From IMG/VR virus record IMGVR_UViG_3300000115_000012: a stretch of 64,000 nt of DNA; one strand, written 5' to 3'. Of this stretch, positions 44,130-54,856 are shown piece by piece. The first letter of the stretch is position 1, and every line of letters begins with the position of its first letter. This DNA comes from a virus. Below the pieces are notes generated by a model that did not search any database, had not been told where the DNA came from, and saw nothing but the letters and a program-made list of their open reading frames with translations. Made by a program: the position numbers and the translations under genes.

Positions 44130-46718
44130 CTAAAAGTCTTCTTCAAATTCATCAAAATCATCGAAGACTTCTTCTAATAATTCACCTCCATATAACCAGA
44201 GTCTGTTTCCTCCAGCTTCTTTCTTAGTAAGACCTATATTAGTCAAATCTTTATAAAAGTTGTTACGGTTCTTAGGTGTAATACCATTAGTTGTACACCA
44301 TCTATCGTATCTATTATGAGCTTCAGTAGCTGAACACATTTTTATAGTTTTGTCTTCAAGAAGAGTAATATTCTCCTTAACAAACCTTACTACATTATTA
44401 GCTTCACACAACCATTCATTTTTGGCTTCCTTGCATGACTCAGGAGGAAGAAACTTACCTCTCTCAGCATAACGCTTATATCCTTCCAACATAAAGTTTA
44501 ATACGCCTGCTAACTCTTCATCATCCTGTAAAATTTTACGAGCACGATTGTTATCAGCTGTTCCGGCTTTTACAAATTGTCGGTTAAAAGGAATTACATT
44601 GGCACGACGGACAGTACCTTCGCTTGTATCTTTAATTACTGGGAAGTGGTTACAACACATAATCAAAGAACCAATATAATTAAAGCTGAACGTATCCTTA
44701 TTCTTGGGATTAGCCGTCATCTTGGTATTTTCAGCAAGCATCTTTAGACCACTATCATTAAGTGCTTTACCTGCTTTAAGCTCCTCAATAACAACTGCTA
44801 ATTTACCGACTAAGTCAGTTGTAATATGACTGTTACCGCTTCCACTACCAGTGGCTAATAAGGCTTCGTCAGCACTATAAAGAGCATCACCTAATATTCC
44901 GTTGAGAACTTTAATAATAGTTGACTTACCATCACCACCAGGACCACGGAACATCCACCAGTTAGCGTCTGGTTTATATGGTTGGATAATGTAACCTAAG
45001 ACTTCACCAATATGACGAATCATTTCTTGTGTATCTGGGAAATGATCAAATATCTCTTCTAGTGTTTGTATAAACAAAGGACATTTAGCACTAGGATCAT
45101 AATTGGCTTTCAAGCATCGAAGTTGATACGATTTATAACTATGTGGTTTAATAATATGAGAACCATCGTTGTTAATATGGACTTCACCGTTCTTACAATT
45201 GATAATAGGTAAGTAATCGTCAGTTTTGAACAGTTTAGACATAGGAGTACTCTCACGAGCCATAATAGTCTTAACCGCATCTGTCATTAATACCACTTCC
45301 TTGACATCTATTTCCATTTTGTCTTTGAGTGTGTCTAATACACTAAGAACAACTTTACTGAGGTAGTTATCAGATATAGGCAACCAATGAGTTTTATTAA
45401 ATATCCATATCTGTTTATTAGGTTCTACAGTAATATGTTTACCGTCCTTAAACACAGATTTACGTGTTAGGTTGGACAATACCTCACCTACTGAATCTTT
45501 CATCTTCTGGTCTAAAGATTTCAAACGCTTATTAATAGCTCCTACCTTCATAATACCACGGTCAACCAGGATTTCTTGAGCTTCAATACTTTCTTCCGCT
45601 GTCGACACTTTAATTAGACGAATAACTTTCATCTTCTCAGAAGCATCAGCGGAAGCATCTATGTCTCTAGCCGCTTGTATAGCTGCTCCCTCAATACCAC
45701 CTTTATCCTTTGGTACATCTATTATATCGGATACTTCTATTTGGGAAGCTGCTCTCTTGGAACTTTTAAGAATATCATCGTCTTCATCTGTTTCTGAGAA
45801 GTCGTTTACGTTACTGAATTCTAAAACAGCTTTTGCACCAGATACATCCTCACCCTTCTGTTTAAGCTCATATATAAGTGAACTAGCTTTACGGGTTACT
45901 TCTTTGTCACCATCTAACGATTCCCAGCGATTACGAATTTTGTTTTCATCACCATCATAGTTAGTATCACCTAATGACCAAGCCAGGAATTCTTCAATAC
46001 CGTCACCAGCAGTAGCGTGATGAGCAGCCATCATTAATGGTTCCCATGTGTCGTTACTGTCGTAGTCGGATACATCTAATTTGTCAAGAATAAGTTCCTG
46101 TAATTGTGTACCACTAAACGCACCATAACCAGAAGTGTAATCTGACTTTTCAAACGGGTCACGTTGGATTAGAGCCAGGAGTTCTTCAGGAGCTTCAATA
46201 CGGTCAGCTTCGTTTTCCCATAAGTAGTAATTACCTGATGGATGCTTACTACCAGCGGCTACGACATAACCACCTTTCTTCTTGAAGTCAACACCAGGAA
46301 TATTCTCTACGCATTTGCGTAACAAACGGTAATCTGCATCGTCTGGTAAAGTGCAATAAATATGGTATCCGCCACCACCAGTCTTAACCACTGGTAATTC
46401 CCAAATGAGATCTTCAAAATCTAAGTAACCGAACAAATCAGCTATTAATTCTTCAGAGTCAATACCGTCAGCGTAGTTACGAGGGTCAAGATCAACTATT
46501 AATTCATTTTCTTTAATACGATAACCAAGGTTATAACCAGAGTCAACCCAACCTTTATACACTTTATTATTTTGGCTGTACTCACGACTATTCCATTCAG
46601 AATGAATAGGTGTTTTACCACGGTCACTACCTTTAATTTGTTTGTTCCATACATGGAGAGGAATAAGCTCAGCTTGGAATCCTAGGTATGGTTTTAATTG
46701 TTCTGTTTTATAGTTCAT
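44130..46718 (-). CDS. Primase-polymerase/SF3 helicase (copy 2)
   Basis: Identical to 1549-4137. Confidence 0.92.
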   Translation of the reverse strand: MNYKTEQLKPYLGFQAELIPLHVWNKQIKGSDRGKTPIHSEWNSREYSQNNKVYKGWVDSGYNLGYRIKENELIVDLDPRNYADGIDSEELIADLFGYLDFEDLIWELPVVKTGGGGYHIYCTLPDDADYRLLRKCVENIPGVDFKKKGGYVVAAGSKHPSGNYYLWENEADRIEAPEELLALIQRDPFEKSDYTSGYGAFSGTQLQELILDKLDVSDYDSNDTWEPLMMAAHHATAGDGIEEFLAWSLGDTNYDGDENKIRNRWESLDGDKEVTRKASSLIYELKQKGEDVSGAKAVLEFSNVNDFSETDEDDDILKSSKRAASQIEVSDIIDVPKDKGGIEGAAIQAARDIDASADASEKMKVIRLIKVSTAEESIEAQEILVDRGIMKVGAINKRLKSLDQKMKDSVGEVLSNLTRKSVFKDGKHITVEPNKQIWIFNKTHWLPISDNYLSKVVLSVLDTLKDKMEIDVKEVVLMTDAVKTIMARESTPMSKLFKTDDYLPIINCKNGEVHINNDGSHIIKPHSYKSYQLRCLKANYDPSAKCPLFIQTLEEIFDHFPDTQEMIRHIGEVLGYIIQPYKPDANWWMFRGPGGDGKSTIIKVLNGILGDALYSADEALLATGSGSGNSHITTDLVGKLAVVIEELKAGKALNDSGLKMLAENTKMTANPKNKDTFSFNYIGSLIMCCNHFPVIKDTSEGTVRRANVIPFNRQFVKAGTADNNRARKILQDDEELAGVLNFMLEGYKRYAERGKFLPPESCKEAKNEWLCEANNVVRFVKENITLLEDKTIKMCSATEAHNRYDRWCTTNGITPKNRNNFYKDLTNIGLTKKEAGGNRLWLYGGELLEEVFDDFDEFEEDF

Positions 46719-46728
46719 ACCTGCTCCG

Positions 46729-46962
46729 CTATAGGTCTGGTCTTAGGTACTTGCTAGAAAACTCACCCTTAAACCTGTCATTCTTAGAAACCTTAACAGC
46801 TCCTGCTTTACTAATACGACCTCTAGTAACCCAACCTTGAGTTGTACTAGACGGAACGGTTAACATTTTAGCCAAATGAACATAACCACCAGCAAAGGTA
46901 ACTAATTCATTTAAGCGCTCCTCAAGAAGCTTATCAAGCTCCTCTTTTGTATACTGTAACAT
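46729..46962 (-). CDS. Cro-like HTH protein (copy 2)
   Basis: Identical to 4148-4381. Confidence 0.65.
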   Translation of the reverse strand: MLQYTKEELDKLLEERLNELVTFAGGYVHLAKMLTVPSSTTQGWVTRGRISKAGAVKVSKNDRFKGEFSSKYLRPDL

Positions 46963-47170
46963 GGCTACGACCTCTTTTAATATTAATAAGTGCGTCAAGT
47001 ATGCGTCATAAATCGCGTAATGTAAAGCCAAAAATATTTACAAGTTTTTGAGTAAATAATGTTTGCTTTATGCGTAACGTTACCCCATAATGATTCGTAC
47101 TAGCAGGGAGTAACACAGAAAGCTAGTTAAAACAGTATAAACCCTTAACTTAATTTTAAAGGAGTCAGCA

Positions 47171-47842
47171 ATGACTAACCACGTAACTTACGCAATTGAA
47201 CTAACGCCTGAAAATGCACCAAAAATTGATGCAATCAACCGTATCATCCTGGGTACTGCTTATTCAACTGTTGAAACCAAAGTAGCGGCAACTGAGATTG
47301 AGCAAAAAGCAACTAAAGCTTCAGCTCAAGCAAAAGCTGATAAAGCGGTTACAGCAGACAACCAAAAAGTAGCTCAGCAAGCCAAAGCGGAACAGGAAGC
47401 AGAAGCTTCTAGCATAACCCTTGATGATGTTAAAAAAGCAGCTAAGAAAGCCAAAGCTGACCACGGTGAAGAGTTCACTATGGAAGTGCTTAAAACAGCA
47501 GGTGTTGACGTAGCTGCAACTCTTGGCCGTAGTATGGCTAAAATCGATGCTGATATGTACGACGCTATTATTGCCGCTTGGGTTGAAGGACCTCAAGTAA
47601 CTGAACAGGCTTCTGATGAACCTGAAGACGACCTTGATGAAGATGATGGTTTCGGTGACGATGAAGAAGATACTGCTGAAGTAACAGCCGATGCAGTTAA
47701 GACAGCTCTTAAGGCTTATGCTAAAGAAGTTGGTCGTGACGAAGCTAAAGAAATCATGCAGAAACACGGTGCAGCGGCTTTAAGTAAAGTTGACGACTGT
47801 ACTCCTAAGCAACTATCAGCTATGTTCGCTGAATTAGTTTAA
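47171..47842 (+). CDS. acidic Ala/Lys-rich hypothetical protein (copy 2)
   Basis: Identical to 4590-5261. Confidence 0.8.
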   Translation: MTNHVTYAIELTPENAPKIDAINRIILGTAYSTVETKVAATEIEQKATKASAQAKADKAVTADNQKVAQQAKAEQEAEASSITLDDVKKAAKKAKADHGEEFTMEVLKTAGVDVAATLGRSMAKIDADMYDAIIAAWVEGPQVTEQASDEPEDDLDEDDGFGDDEEDTAEVTADAVKTALKAYAKEVGRDEAKEIMQKHGAAALSKVDDCTPKQLSAMFAELV

Positions 47843-47895
47843 TCCTTATTGTCCTGGTTACTTCGGTAATCAGGACTCCTTATTTGGAGACTATC

Positions 47896-48513
47896 ATGTC
47901 TAATCAAATTTTAATTACTCTTAGTGCCATAGCTGCTTTCCCTTCTTGCGTTGAAGCAATGGGTGAAGGTTGGGACAATTTAGTAGAGTTAACCGAAGGT
48001 GATATGGATAAAGAATTCCCTGTGTCCTCAATACTTACATCTAACGGTTTTAACGATACTTTGTCAATCCTAAACTTCTTACCTGATTATAAATCCCTTT
48101 GGATTAAGTTTGGTAATTGGTGCGCTTTACAAAATATAGAAAAGATTAAGAATTATTGTTCAGATGAAGATTACCAAGTGTTAATTGCTTATTTAAATGG
48201 TGATGACTCATTGGTCGATAAAGCTTATGAAGTGGTTAAGACTACTGAAGATTCAGTTAGGGTCTCAGCTAAGTCATTGGAAGTCGGTTCCTCAAAATCA
48301 TTAAAATTAGAGATTGAATTGGCTAAATCATCAGCTCATTCAGCTCGCATAGCTGTAGAGTTGAAATTCAGATCTTCCTATGGATTGTTACGCTCAGTAG
48401 CACTATCGGCTTGTAATTCCTTACGATCAGAAAATGCTGCTGTATGTCCATCTACACGGATTAATCAAGAGAATAAGCTTAAAGAAATTCTTGATTCAGG
48501 TGAGTTTAAATAA
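47896..48513 (+). CDS. hypothetical protein (copy 2)
   Basis: Identical to 5315-5932. Confidence 0.7.
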   Translation: MSNQILITLSAIAAFPSCVEAMGEGWDNLVELTEGDMDKEFPVSSILTSNGFNDTLSILNFLPDYKSLWIKFGNWCALQNIEKIKNYCSDEDYQVLIAYLNGDDSLVDKAYEVVKTTEDSVRVSAKSLEVGSSKSLKLEIELAKSSAHSARIAVELKFRSSYGLLRSVALSACNSLRSENAAVCPSTRINQENKLKEILDSGEFK

Positions 48514-48631
48514 TAGCAGTCTTATTTATCCTGACTACTTGGGTGGTCAGGGTTATTTCATAAGAGATAGGATAAACCTTGCTTTTATGAAATATCTACT
48601 AAATAATAAAACAGCTTAACAGGAGACCAGT

Positions 48632-48949
48632 ATGAGTTCCCAAATGACCCAACAAGATTGGGAGAATTTACATCAGGAATGGTTGGAGTCGTTTAGAACT
48701 TCTCATACTACTCCTGGTGAGTTCAAACATCAGTACCAGTACGAGCCAAAGGTGGATACCACTGGTTATAAGTTTCTACGTAAGATAGGTAGAGGTACAC
48801 CGAAGGCTCAATTCTTCTTAACTGAAGATGGTATAGCCGGAGATTTCGGGTTCTGGTGTCCCAAGTCTGCAATCGTGTCAGTTAGCGAGGATGAAGTTAA
48901 AGTCGCTAGTTGGTGTAAAATTAAAGTAATCGAATATAATAGGTATTGA
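48632..48949 (+). CDS. hypothetical protein (copy 2)
   Basis: Identical to 6051-6368. Confidence 0.75.
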   Translation: MSSQMTQQDWENLHQEWLESFRTSHTTPGEFKHQYQYEPKVDTTGYKFLRKIGRGTPKAQFFLTEDGIAGDFGFWCPKSAIVSVSEDEVKVASWCKIKVIEYNRY

Positions 48950-48950
48950 T

Positions 48951-50213
48951 ATGGCCGATTTAGTAGAAGAGAAACAACATGCTCGGTTGAGTCCGAGTGC
49001 AGCCAAACGTTGGATGTTATGTCCTGGTTCCATTGGTATGACTGAAAAGTTAAATATCCAAGACAAGCCAAGTCGTTTCGCAGCTGAAGGTACGGTAGCT
49101 CATGAAGTCCATGAACTTTGTTTAGTTAAGAATCACGTAGCCCAGGATTACTTCGGTAAAACTATTGAGGCCGATGGGTTCAAATTCAAAGTTAACGATA
49201 ACATGATTGAAGCTGTACAACTTAGCTTAGATTATATCCAAGAACGTATTGAGATGGCCGAGCTAATTGGTTGGACTGTTAAGGTTAAAGTGGAAGTTCG
49301 CTGTTCACTTAAATCACTTGGAGTTCCTGGTCTTGATGGTGGTACATCGGATGTTATCTTAGAATTCTGGGATGGTAATACCTTAATGGAAGTTGAGGTA
49401 TTCGATTACAAACATGGAGCAGGAGTGGCAGTTGAGGCGATTGATAACCCTCAGGCTATGTGTTACGGTTTAGGTGTAATTTTGTTACCTGAGTACGCTG
49501 ACCAGGATATTCCAGACGGTGTAACTATTACCATTAGTCAACCTCGTGCTCATCATCCTGACGGTCGTATTCGTAGTTGGAAAACTACCAAACAACATTT
49601 ACTTGACTGGTGTGAAGAAGATCTAGTTCCAAAGGCTAAAGCTACTCTTGAAGAAGATGCACATTTAGAACCAAGTGATGACGGTTGTCGTTTCTGTCCT
49701 GTGGCAGGTCAATGTCCTAGACTTTTTGAGCGTACCCAGGAAGTTGCGATGTTAGATTTTGCTGATTCTGACGATGAACCTAAACTACCGGATGTAAATA
49801 CGTTAACAGCTGAGCAGAAGCGTTTTATAATGGATCATGCTGGTATGTTACGTTCGTTTATTGTGGCGGTTGAGAACCAAGTCAAGCATGAAGTTGACCA
49901 CGGTAGTCAGGATTACGAAGGTCATTACAAGTTAGTACGTAAAACAACAAGACGTAAATTCGTTGAAGATGCACTTGACGAACTTACTTCACCTCTACTA
50001 GACCATCTAGCACATGAAGATGTCTATGAAGAGAAGTCTCGTTCTATGACTGAAATTGAGCGTCGCCTTAAGAAAGCTATAGGGGTAAAAGATGCTAAAG
50101 AAGTTATGGATGAGGTCACTACCAAACCAGAAGGTGAATTAGTGATTGCTCCTCAATCCGATAAGCGTAAAGCTCAACAGCCTAGTCTTATCGGTGATTT
50201 TAACGGTATGTAA
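48951..50213 (+). CDS. DUF2800 Cas4-like exonuclease (copy 2)
   Basis: Identical to 6370-7632. Confidence 0.88.
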   Translation: MADLVEEKQHARLSPSAAKRWMLCPGSIGMTEKLNIQDKPSRFAAEGTVAHEVHELCLVKNHVAQDYFGKTIEADGFKFKVNDNMIEAVQLSLDYIQERIEMAELIGWTVKVKVEVRCSLKSLGVPGLDGGTSDVILEFWDGNTLMEVEVFDYKHGAGVAVEAIDNPQAMCYGLGVILLPEYADQDIPDGVTITISQPRAHHPDGRIRSWKTTKQHLLDWCEEDLVPKAKATLEEDAHLEPSDDGCRFCPVAGQCPRLFERTQEVAMLDFADSDDEPKLPDVNTLTAEQKRFIMDHAGMLRSFIVAVENQVKHEVDHGSQDYEGHYKLVRKTTRRKFVEDALDELTSPLLDHLAHEDVYEEKSRSMTEIERRLKKAIGVKDAKEVMDEVTTKPEGELVIAPQSDKRKAQQPSLIGDFNGM

Positions 50214-50318
50214 CATTAATACCAAATAACCCTTTACTTACGATTACCGTTAAGTAAAAATTTTAACCAGACCAATAATGGTCTACACACTAAAACAGTA
50301 ATATAGGAAACCTAGATT

Positions 50319-50855
50319 ATGGCTAAAGTAATCCTTCAAGATGTTCGTTGTTCATACGTATTTGCTCACCAAGAGCGTAAAGACGGTGGATTCGGTGTTC
50401 AACCTTTGGTAGAGAAAGGTTCAGCTCTTCATAAGAAACTTATCAAGATTGTTGATAAAGTTCTTGTTGAGAAGTTCGGCCAAGATGCTCTTAAGAAGAA
50501 AGCTCGTTACAAGCTACCTTTACGTGACGGTGATGAAGAACGTGACAGTGAAGAATATGAAGGTATGATCTTCTTCAATGCGAATTCAGGTAAGAAACCT
50601 GGAATCGTAAATCGTAACAACGAACCAGCTGATATTGACGATATTGAAGAATATTGTTACAGCGGTGCTTACTTCCATGTATCCGTTAACATTTATCCAT
50701 TTGATGCTAAAGATGGCGGTAAACCTGGAATTGCAGTTGGTCTAAACAATATTATGCTTCGTAAGAAGGGTGATCGTTTAGATGGTTCGGTATCGGCTAC
50801 AAGTGAGTTCGCTGACTTTGCAGAAGATGACGATTTCGAAGATGACGACTTTTAA
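50319..50855 (+). CDS. DUF2815 ssDNA-binding protein (copy 2)
   Basis: Identical to 7738-8274. Confidence 0.88.
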   Translation: MAKVILQDVRCSYVFAHQERKDGGFGVQPLVEKGSALHKKLIKIVDKVLVEKFGQDALKKKARYKLPLRDGDEERDSEEYEGMIFFNANSGKKPGIVNRNNEPADIDDIEEYCYSGAYFHVSVNIYPFDAKDGGKPGIAVGLNNIMLRKKGDRLDGSVSATSEFADFAEDDDFEDDDF

Positions 50856-50900
50856 GTGAGTTAAGGATAGGAGGGCTTCGGCTCTCCTTTTCTATTTATT

Positions 50901-51122
50901 ATGAATGATAATAATGAAATGTGGTCAATGACCTTAAACATGGTTATCGCAGCTTATCTCCACAAAGACCCAGACACTCAGGTTAGAAGAATGGCTAAGC
51001 GATATAAGAAATCAACCAAAGATAAGACCGCCCAAAGGACTCTAAGGGTTATAATTAAAAGTCCTCAACCTTCTAAGGTGGTTAAGGTAGCGTACGATGA
51101 ACTCACAAGCGAGATGGACTAA
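50901..51122 (+). CDS. hypothetical protein (copy 2)
   Basis: Identical to 8320-8541. Confidence 0.6.
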   Translation: MNDNNEMWSMTLNMVIAAYLHKDPDTQVRRMAKRYKKSTKDKTAQRTLRVIIKSPQPSKVVKVAYDELTSEMD

Positions 51123-51405
51123 TTACCCAGGAACTCCAACTGGTAACGGTTTAAAAATAAATGATATAAAAGGTTATAAACATCTAGACCCAAGGTCAAA
51201 ACGTCTAGCTAGAACCAGAGCAACAAAACTCCTCCAATCTATGCAAGTAGGTCAGTCTTATTTGCAAACCTCCATTCTACCTCCCTACCTAATCCTAGAA
51301 CTTTGGAACAACGAAGTTTTCTACAAAGACCTAAACAACTTTAAATTAGTAACCGAAACATCGTTCGATGGCGGTACAAATTTCTACGTTGAAAATAAAT
51401 CGTAA
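51097..51405 (+). CDS. hypothetical protein (copy 2)
   Basis: Identical to 8516-8824. Confidence 0.55.
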   Translation: MNSQARWTNYPGTPTGNGLKINDIKGYKHLDPRSKRLARTRATKLLQSMQVGQSYLQTSILPPYLILELWNNEVFYKDLNNFKLVTETSFDGGTNFYVENKS

Positions 51406-51516
51406 ATATTTCTCATAAACGCTTTACATCTGTTCAAAGATGATGAATAATGAGTTTCAAGGTTGAGGTGAGTTACTTCAACCTACTCTAAAACACTAAA
51501 ACAGGAAAAACACATT

Positions 51517-52026
51517 ATGAACACTCAAATCCAAACTAAAACTGAAGCTCAAATCACTGAACTTAAATTCTCTGAGCAAGCTCCAATCTACAACGAATTT
51601 GCAGCTGCTTTAGGTATCAAACAAGTTAAGAAATTCCGTGACAAATCAACTGGTGTTTCTCGTATCATGCAAATCCAGGAACAGTATGTTGAAGAGCGTG
51701 ACGAAATCCTAGCTGAGCAAAAAGCTAAAGCGGCTAAAGCAGTTAAGAAAGTTGAAAAAGCTGTAGCTAAAGATACCAATCGTCAAACTCGCTTCGATAT
51801 GGATTTAATCGTTACTACGGTTAAGGATGAATCTAAAGAAGGTACTATCGAAAACAGCCTTCACGCTGCGATTGCTTCAGGTTGTACTACAGCAGGTGAA
51901 ATCGTTGACTGTCTTGTATCTACTCATAAACGTCCTCGTAGCGGTTTAGGTGTTGACGAACAATATGTTGTTCATAATATTAAGTGGTTCGTTAAGAAAG
52001 GTCACTTGAAATTGGCACAAGCATAA
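51517..52026 (+). CDS. paralogue A (copy 2)
   Basis: Identical to 8936-9445. Confidence 0.8.
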   Translation: MNTQIQTKTEAQITELKFSEQAPIYNEFAAALGIKQVKKFRDKSTGVSRIMQIQEQYVEERDEILAEQKAKAAKAVKKVEKAVAKDTNRQTRFDMDLIVTTVKDESKEGTIENSLHAAIASGCTTAGEIVDCLVSTHKRPRSGLGVDEQYVVHNIKWFVKKGHLKLAQA

Positions 52027-52083
52027 GTTAAAATTAACAGGGTATGGGATGTAACCTATACCCTTATTTATTAGGAGAAAAGT

Positions 52084-52740
52084 ATGTTTTATGCAATAGA
52101 TTTTGACTCTCGTACGGTAGAGTCTAAAAGTGAACAAGGCGAAGATTTAGCCGCTTATGTTCTAGATAACGATTTAACCCTAGCTATATCTCTGGTTGAT
52201 AGTGAAGATGAATTATGTCTTAGCTTTTCATTAGGTGAGATGCAAGACCTTCATAATAATATTCAGTTAATGGATACTTTCTTTGAAGGTAAACATCCAG
52301 TATTCGCTGATGAGGAAGAAGCGGCTGAAGCATGTTGGAAAATACTTGAAGAGTACCAAGATGACTTCCCAAAATTCACTCCAGCTTTAGGTAAAAAATT
52401 ACTCAAACAAGCTACAAAACAGTCCTCAGACAAGCCAAAACCAGCAGGTAAGCAAACGGCTAAAGTTAGCAAAGAGTCTACTCCTCGTACTAGAGTTACC
52501 TTAAACAATGATGATTCTTTAACCGTTGTGGACGGTAAGTGTAAACAAGGTAGTATTCTACATACCATAGTTGTTGCTATTGACGATGAGTTCTGTGAGA
52601 CAGTTGGTGATGTATTAGATTACATTGTAGCTAATCACGTTATCCCTAAAACTGGTGAATTAGCCGATATGAAGTTCGCTGAGCATAATATTAAGTATTT
52701 CCTCAAGCAAGGTAAGATTTCTACAGGAGAAGAACTATGA
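52084..52740 (+). CDS. paralogue B (copy 2)
   Basis: Identical to 9503-10159. Confidence 0.8.
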   Translation: MFYAIDFDSRTVESKSEQGEDLAAYVLDNDLTLAISLVDSEDELCLSFSLGEMQDLHNNIQLMDTFFEGKHPVFADEEEAAEACWKILEEYQDDFPKFTPALGKKLLKQATKQSSDKPKPAGKQTAKVSKESTPRTRVTLNNDDSLTVVDGKCKQGSILHTIVVAIDDEFCETVGDVLDYIVANHVIPKTGELADMKFAEHNIKYFLKQGKISTGEEL

Positions 52741-53990
52741 GAGTTTTACTAGCTCATTTCCAAATACAGGATTGGGGAGGTATTGTAAACTACTCTGAAT
52801 TCCTGGCTCGTGGTCTTAAAGCAATCGGTCATGAAGTAGATTCTGTTATGCTTAAGAACAAAGGTAAAACAGGTTATAACAAGACCAAGGATCGTTCAGA
52901 AACTCAAGGTTGGGAATTCGGTCCAGGTTTAGGCTTATGGATGCATCAGAAATCTGGTTGGGATGGTATGTACCAACTCAACTACACTACTGATGTGATG
53001 TCAGGTGAGTCTTGGACAGCTGATTACGACTTAGTGATTTATATTGTCCCAGTACCAACTTGTTCTAAAGCGACCAAAGGTGATGAGGGATGGTTAAAGC
53101 TGTTCCGTAACAGCTCAGCTAAACAGATTGCAGTTGTACATGATGGTAATATGCAAAAACTGTATCCTCACTTATTAAATATATGTGAGGAACTTGACGG
53201 TATTGTATGTGTACATGATGCTTCGTTTAATAGTTGCGAAGTATTACCTGTTCGTCGTACATTTATTCCTAATCCTCATGATTATGATCCTCTTTGTGAT
53301 ATTACACCGATGTCAGAACGTACCGATGGATTTGTGTCTATGCAGACATTTAAACGTTGGAAACGTGTTGATGATTTGGTAAGAGCTATTCCGTTTATGG
53401 ATGATTTTCATGAGAAGATTATTTGTGGCGGTGGTATCGAATATCACTATATGACCAGTGAGACCAAATGTAAACCTATTTATAAAGATGAAGACGGTAA
53501 TCGTATTTGGGATAACGCTGTTAAGTCTGGTATGGACTTCCGTGGATATATTACTACCGTGGAACGTGATGCGATTCTGCAAGATGTTAAACTTCTAATA
53601 GACCCTAGTTGGTCATTGAAGTATTCCGAGTTAGGTGCTCACTTTAACCGAGTTATGGTTGAGGCAATGTCTTGGGGATGTGTACCAGTTTGTACCGATT
53701 TAGGTATGAAGAATAGTATCCTATTCAAACCTGGAGTTAATTATATCGAAGTACCTCATGATATAGACCCAGAGGGTTACGCTGATATTATTGATAAAGC
53801 TTTAACTAATGAATCTCTTCTAGAATATATCCAAGAGAAGAATTTATTATTAATGGAAGCTTTTGACAAAGATAATATTGCTAAAGCTATCGTTGAGTTT
53901 GCAGCAGGTGAGTCAGGTGAAGTTGGTAAAGCTACCGAAAAACTAATTACCGATGCAACTCGTAAAATGGATCATTTTGAGGACTTCTAA
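52737..53990 (+). CDS. GT-B glycosyltransferase (copy 2)
   Basis: Identical to 10156-11409. Confidence 0.85.
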   Translation: MRVLLAHFQIQDWGGIVNYSEFLARGLKAIGHEVDSVMLKNKGKTGYNKTKDRSETQGWEFGPGLGLWMHQKSGWDGMYQLNYTTDVMSGESWTADYDLVIYIVPVPTCSKATKGDEGWLKLFRNSSAKQIAVVHDGNMQKLYPHLLNICEELDGIVCVHDASFNSCEVLPVRRTFIPNPHDYDPLCDITPMSERTDGFVSMQTFKRWKRVDDLVRAIPFMDDFHEKIICGGGIEYHYMTSETKCKPIYKDEDGNRIWDNAVKSGMDFRGYITTVERDAILQDVKLLIDPSWSLKYSELGAHFNRVMVEAMSWGCVPVCTDLGMKNSILFKPGVNYIEVPHDIDPEGYADIIDKALTNESLLEYIQEKNLLLMEAFDKDNIAKAIVEFAAGESGEVGKATEKLITDATRKMDHFEDF

Positions 53991-53991
53991 T

Positions 53992-54855
53992 ATGAAGGAT
54001 GAAATGATTCATAAGTTCTTTGCTTTTGTGCAATGTCGTCATTATATTTGGCAAGCTAAGGATAAAGGTTTGCCAAAACCATGGACTGATATTGAGATAT
54101 TACAGGAGTATAAGTTCTGTAACGTATTTCGTGAATTGGATACAGTTACAATATGGATAGATAAAAATATCCGTCAACGTTGGGCTAATCATAAATACTT
54201 GTGGTTTGCCTTATGTGTTGCTCGTCGTATAAACTTACCAGAAACATTGGAATATCTTAATGAGTTCTTAGTTGATTGGGACGCTGATAAAGTACATGCT
54301 ATATTGGAGAGACGTAAATCTAAAGGTCTTCCCATTTATAATAGTGCTTACTCATTAACTACCGCCAGTCGTAAAATGGATAAGAATACATATACTGTTT
54401 ACGAGTGTCTAGATAAGTTATGGGAAAAGCGTGAAGAAATTACCAACTGGTTAAGGTGGGATTCCTGGGACTCACTGGAGCGTACCTTTAATAAGTTTGC
54501 GAAGGGTAATCCTGGTATTAGTGGTTTTCTAGCTTATGAGATAGTAACTGACTTGCGTCATACTCGTTATCTTCGTAATGCTATGGATACTATGAGTTGG
54601 GCTAATGCAGGACCAGGAGCTGTTAGAGGTTTGAACCGTATCTACGAAAAACCTATAACTAGGAAAATTAATGCTTGTCAAGCCAACAAAGATATGCAAA
54701 AATTATTGTCGTTGGCTGAGTTGTATAACCCTGACAGTTTTCCAAAGATGGAAATGAGGGATATAGAACACTGCTTATGTGAGTTCGATAAGTTCATGAG
54801 AATCAAATTAGGTAAGAGTTTTCTCTGCCGTAAATATAATGGAAAAGGTGAATAA
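53992..54855 (+). CDS. aGPT-PPlase clade 1-like protein (copy 2)
   Basis: Identical to 11411-12274. Confidence 0.8.
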   Translation: MKDEMIHKFFAFVQCRHYIWQAKDKGLPKPWTDIEILQEYKFCNVFRELDTVTIWIDKNIRQRWANHKYLWFALCVARRINLPETLEYLNEFLVDWDADKVHAILERRKSKGLPIYNSAYSLTTASRKMDKNTYTVYECLDKLWEKREEITNWLRWDSWDSLERTFNKFAKGNPGISGFLAYEIVTDLRHTRYLRNAMDTMSWANAGPGAVRGLNRIYEKPITRKINACQANKDMQKLLSLAELYNPDSFPKMEMRDIEHCLCEFDKFMRIKLGKSFLCRKYNGKGE

Positions 54856-54856
54856 T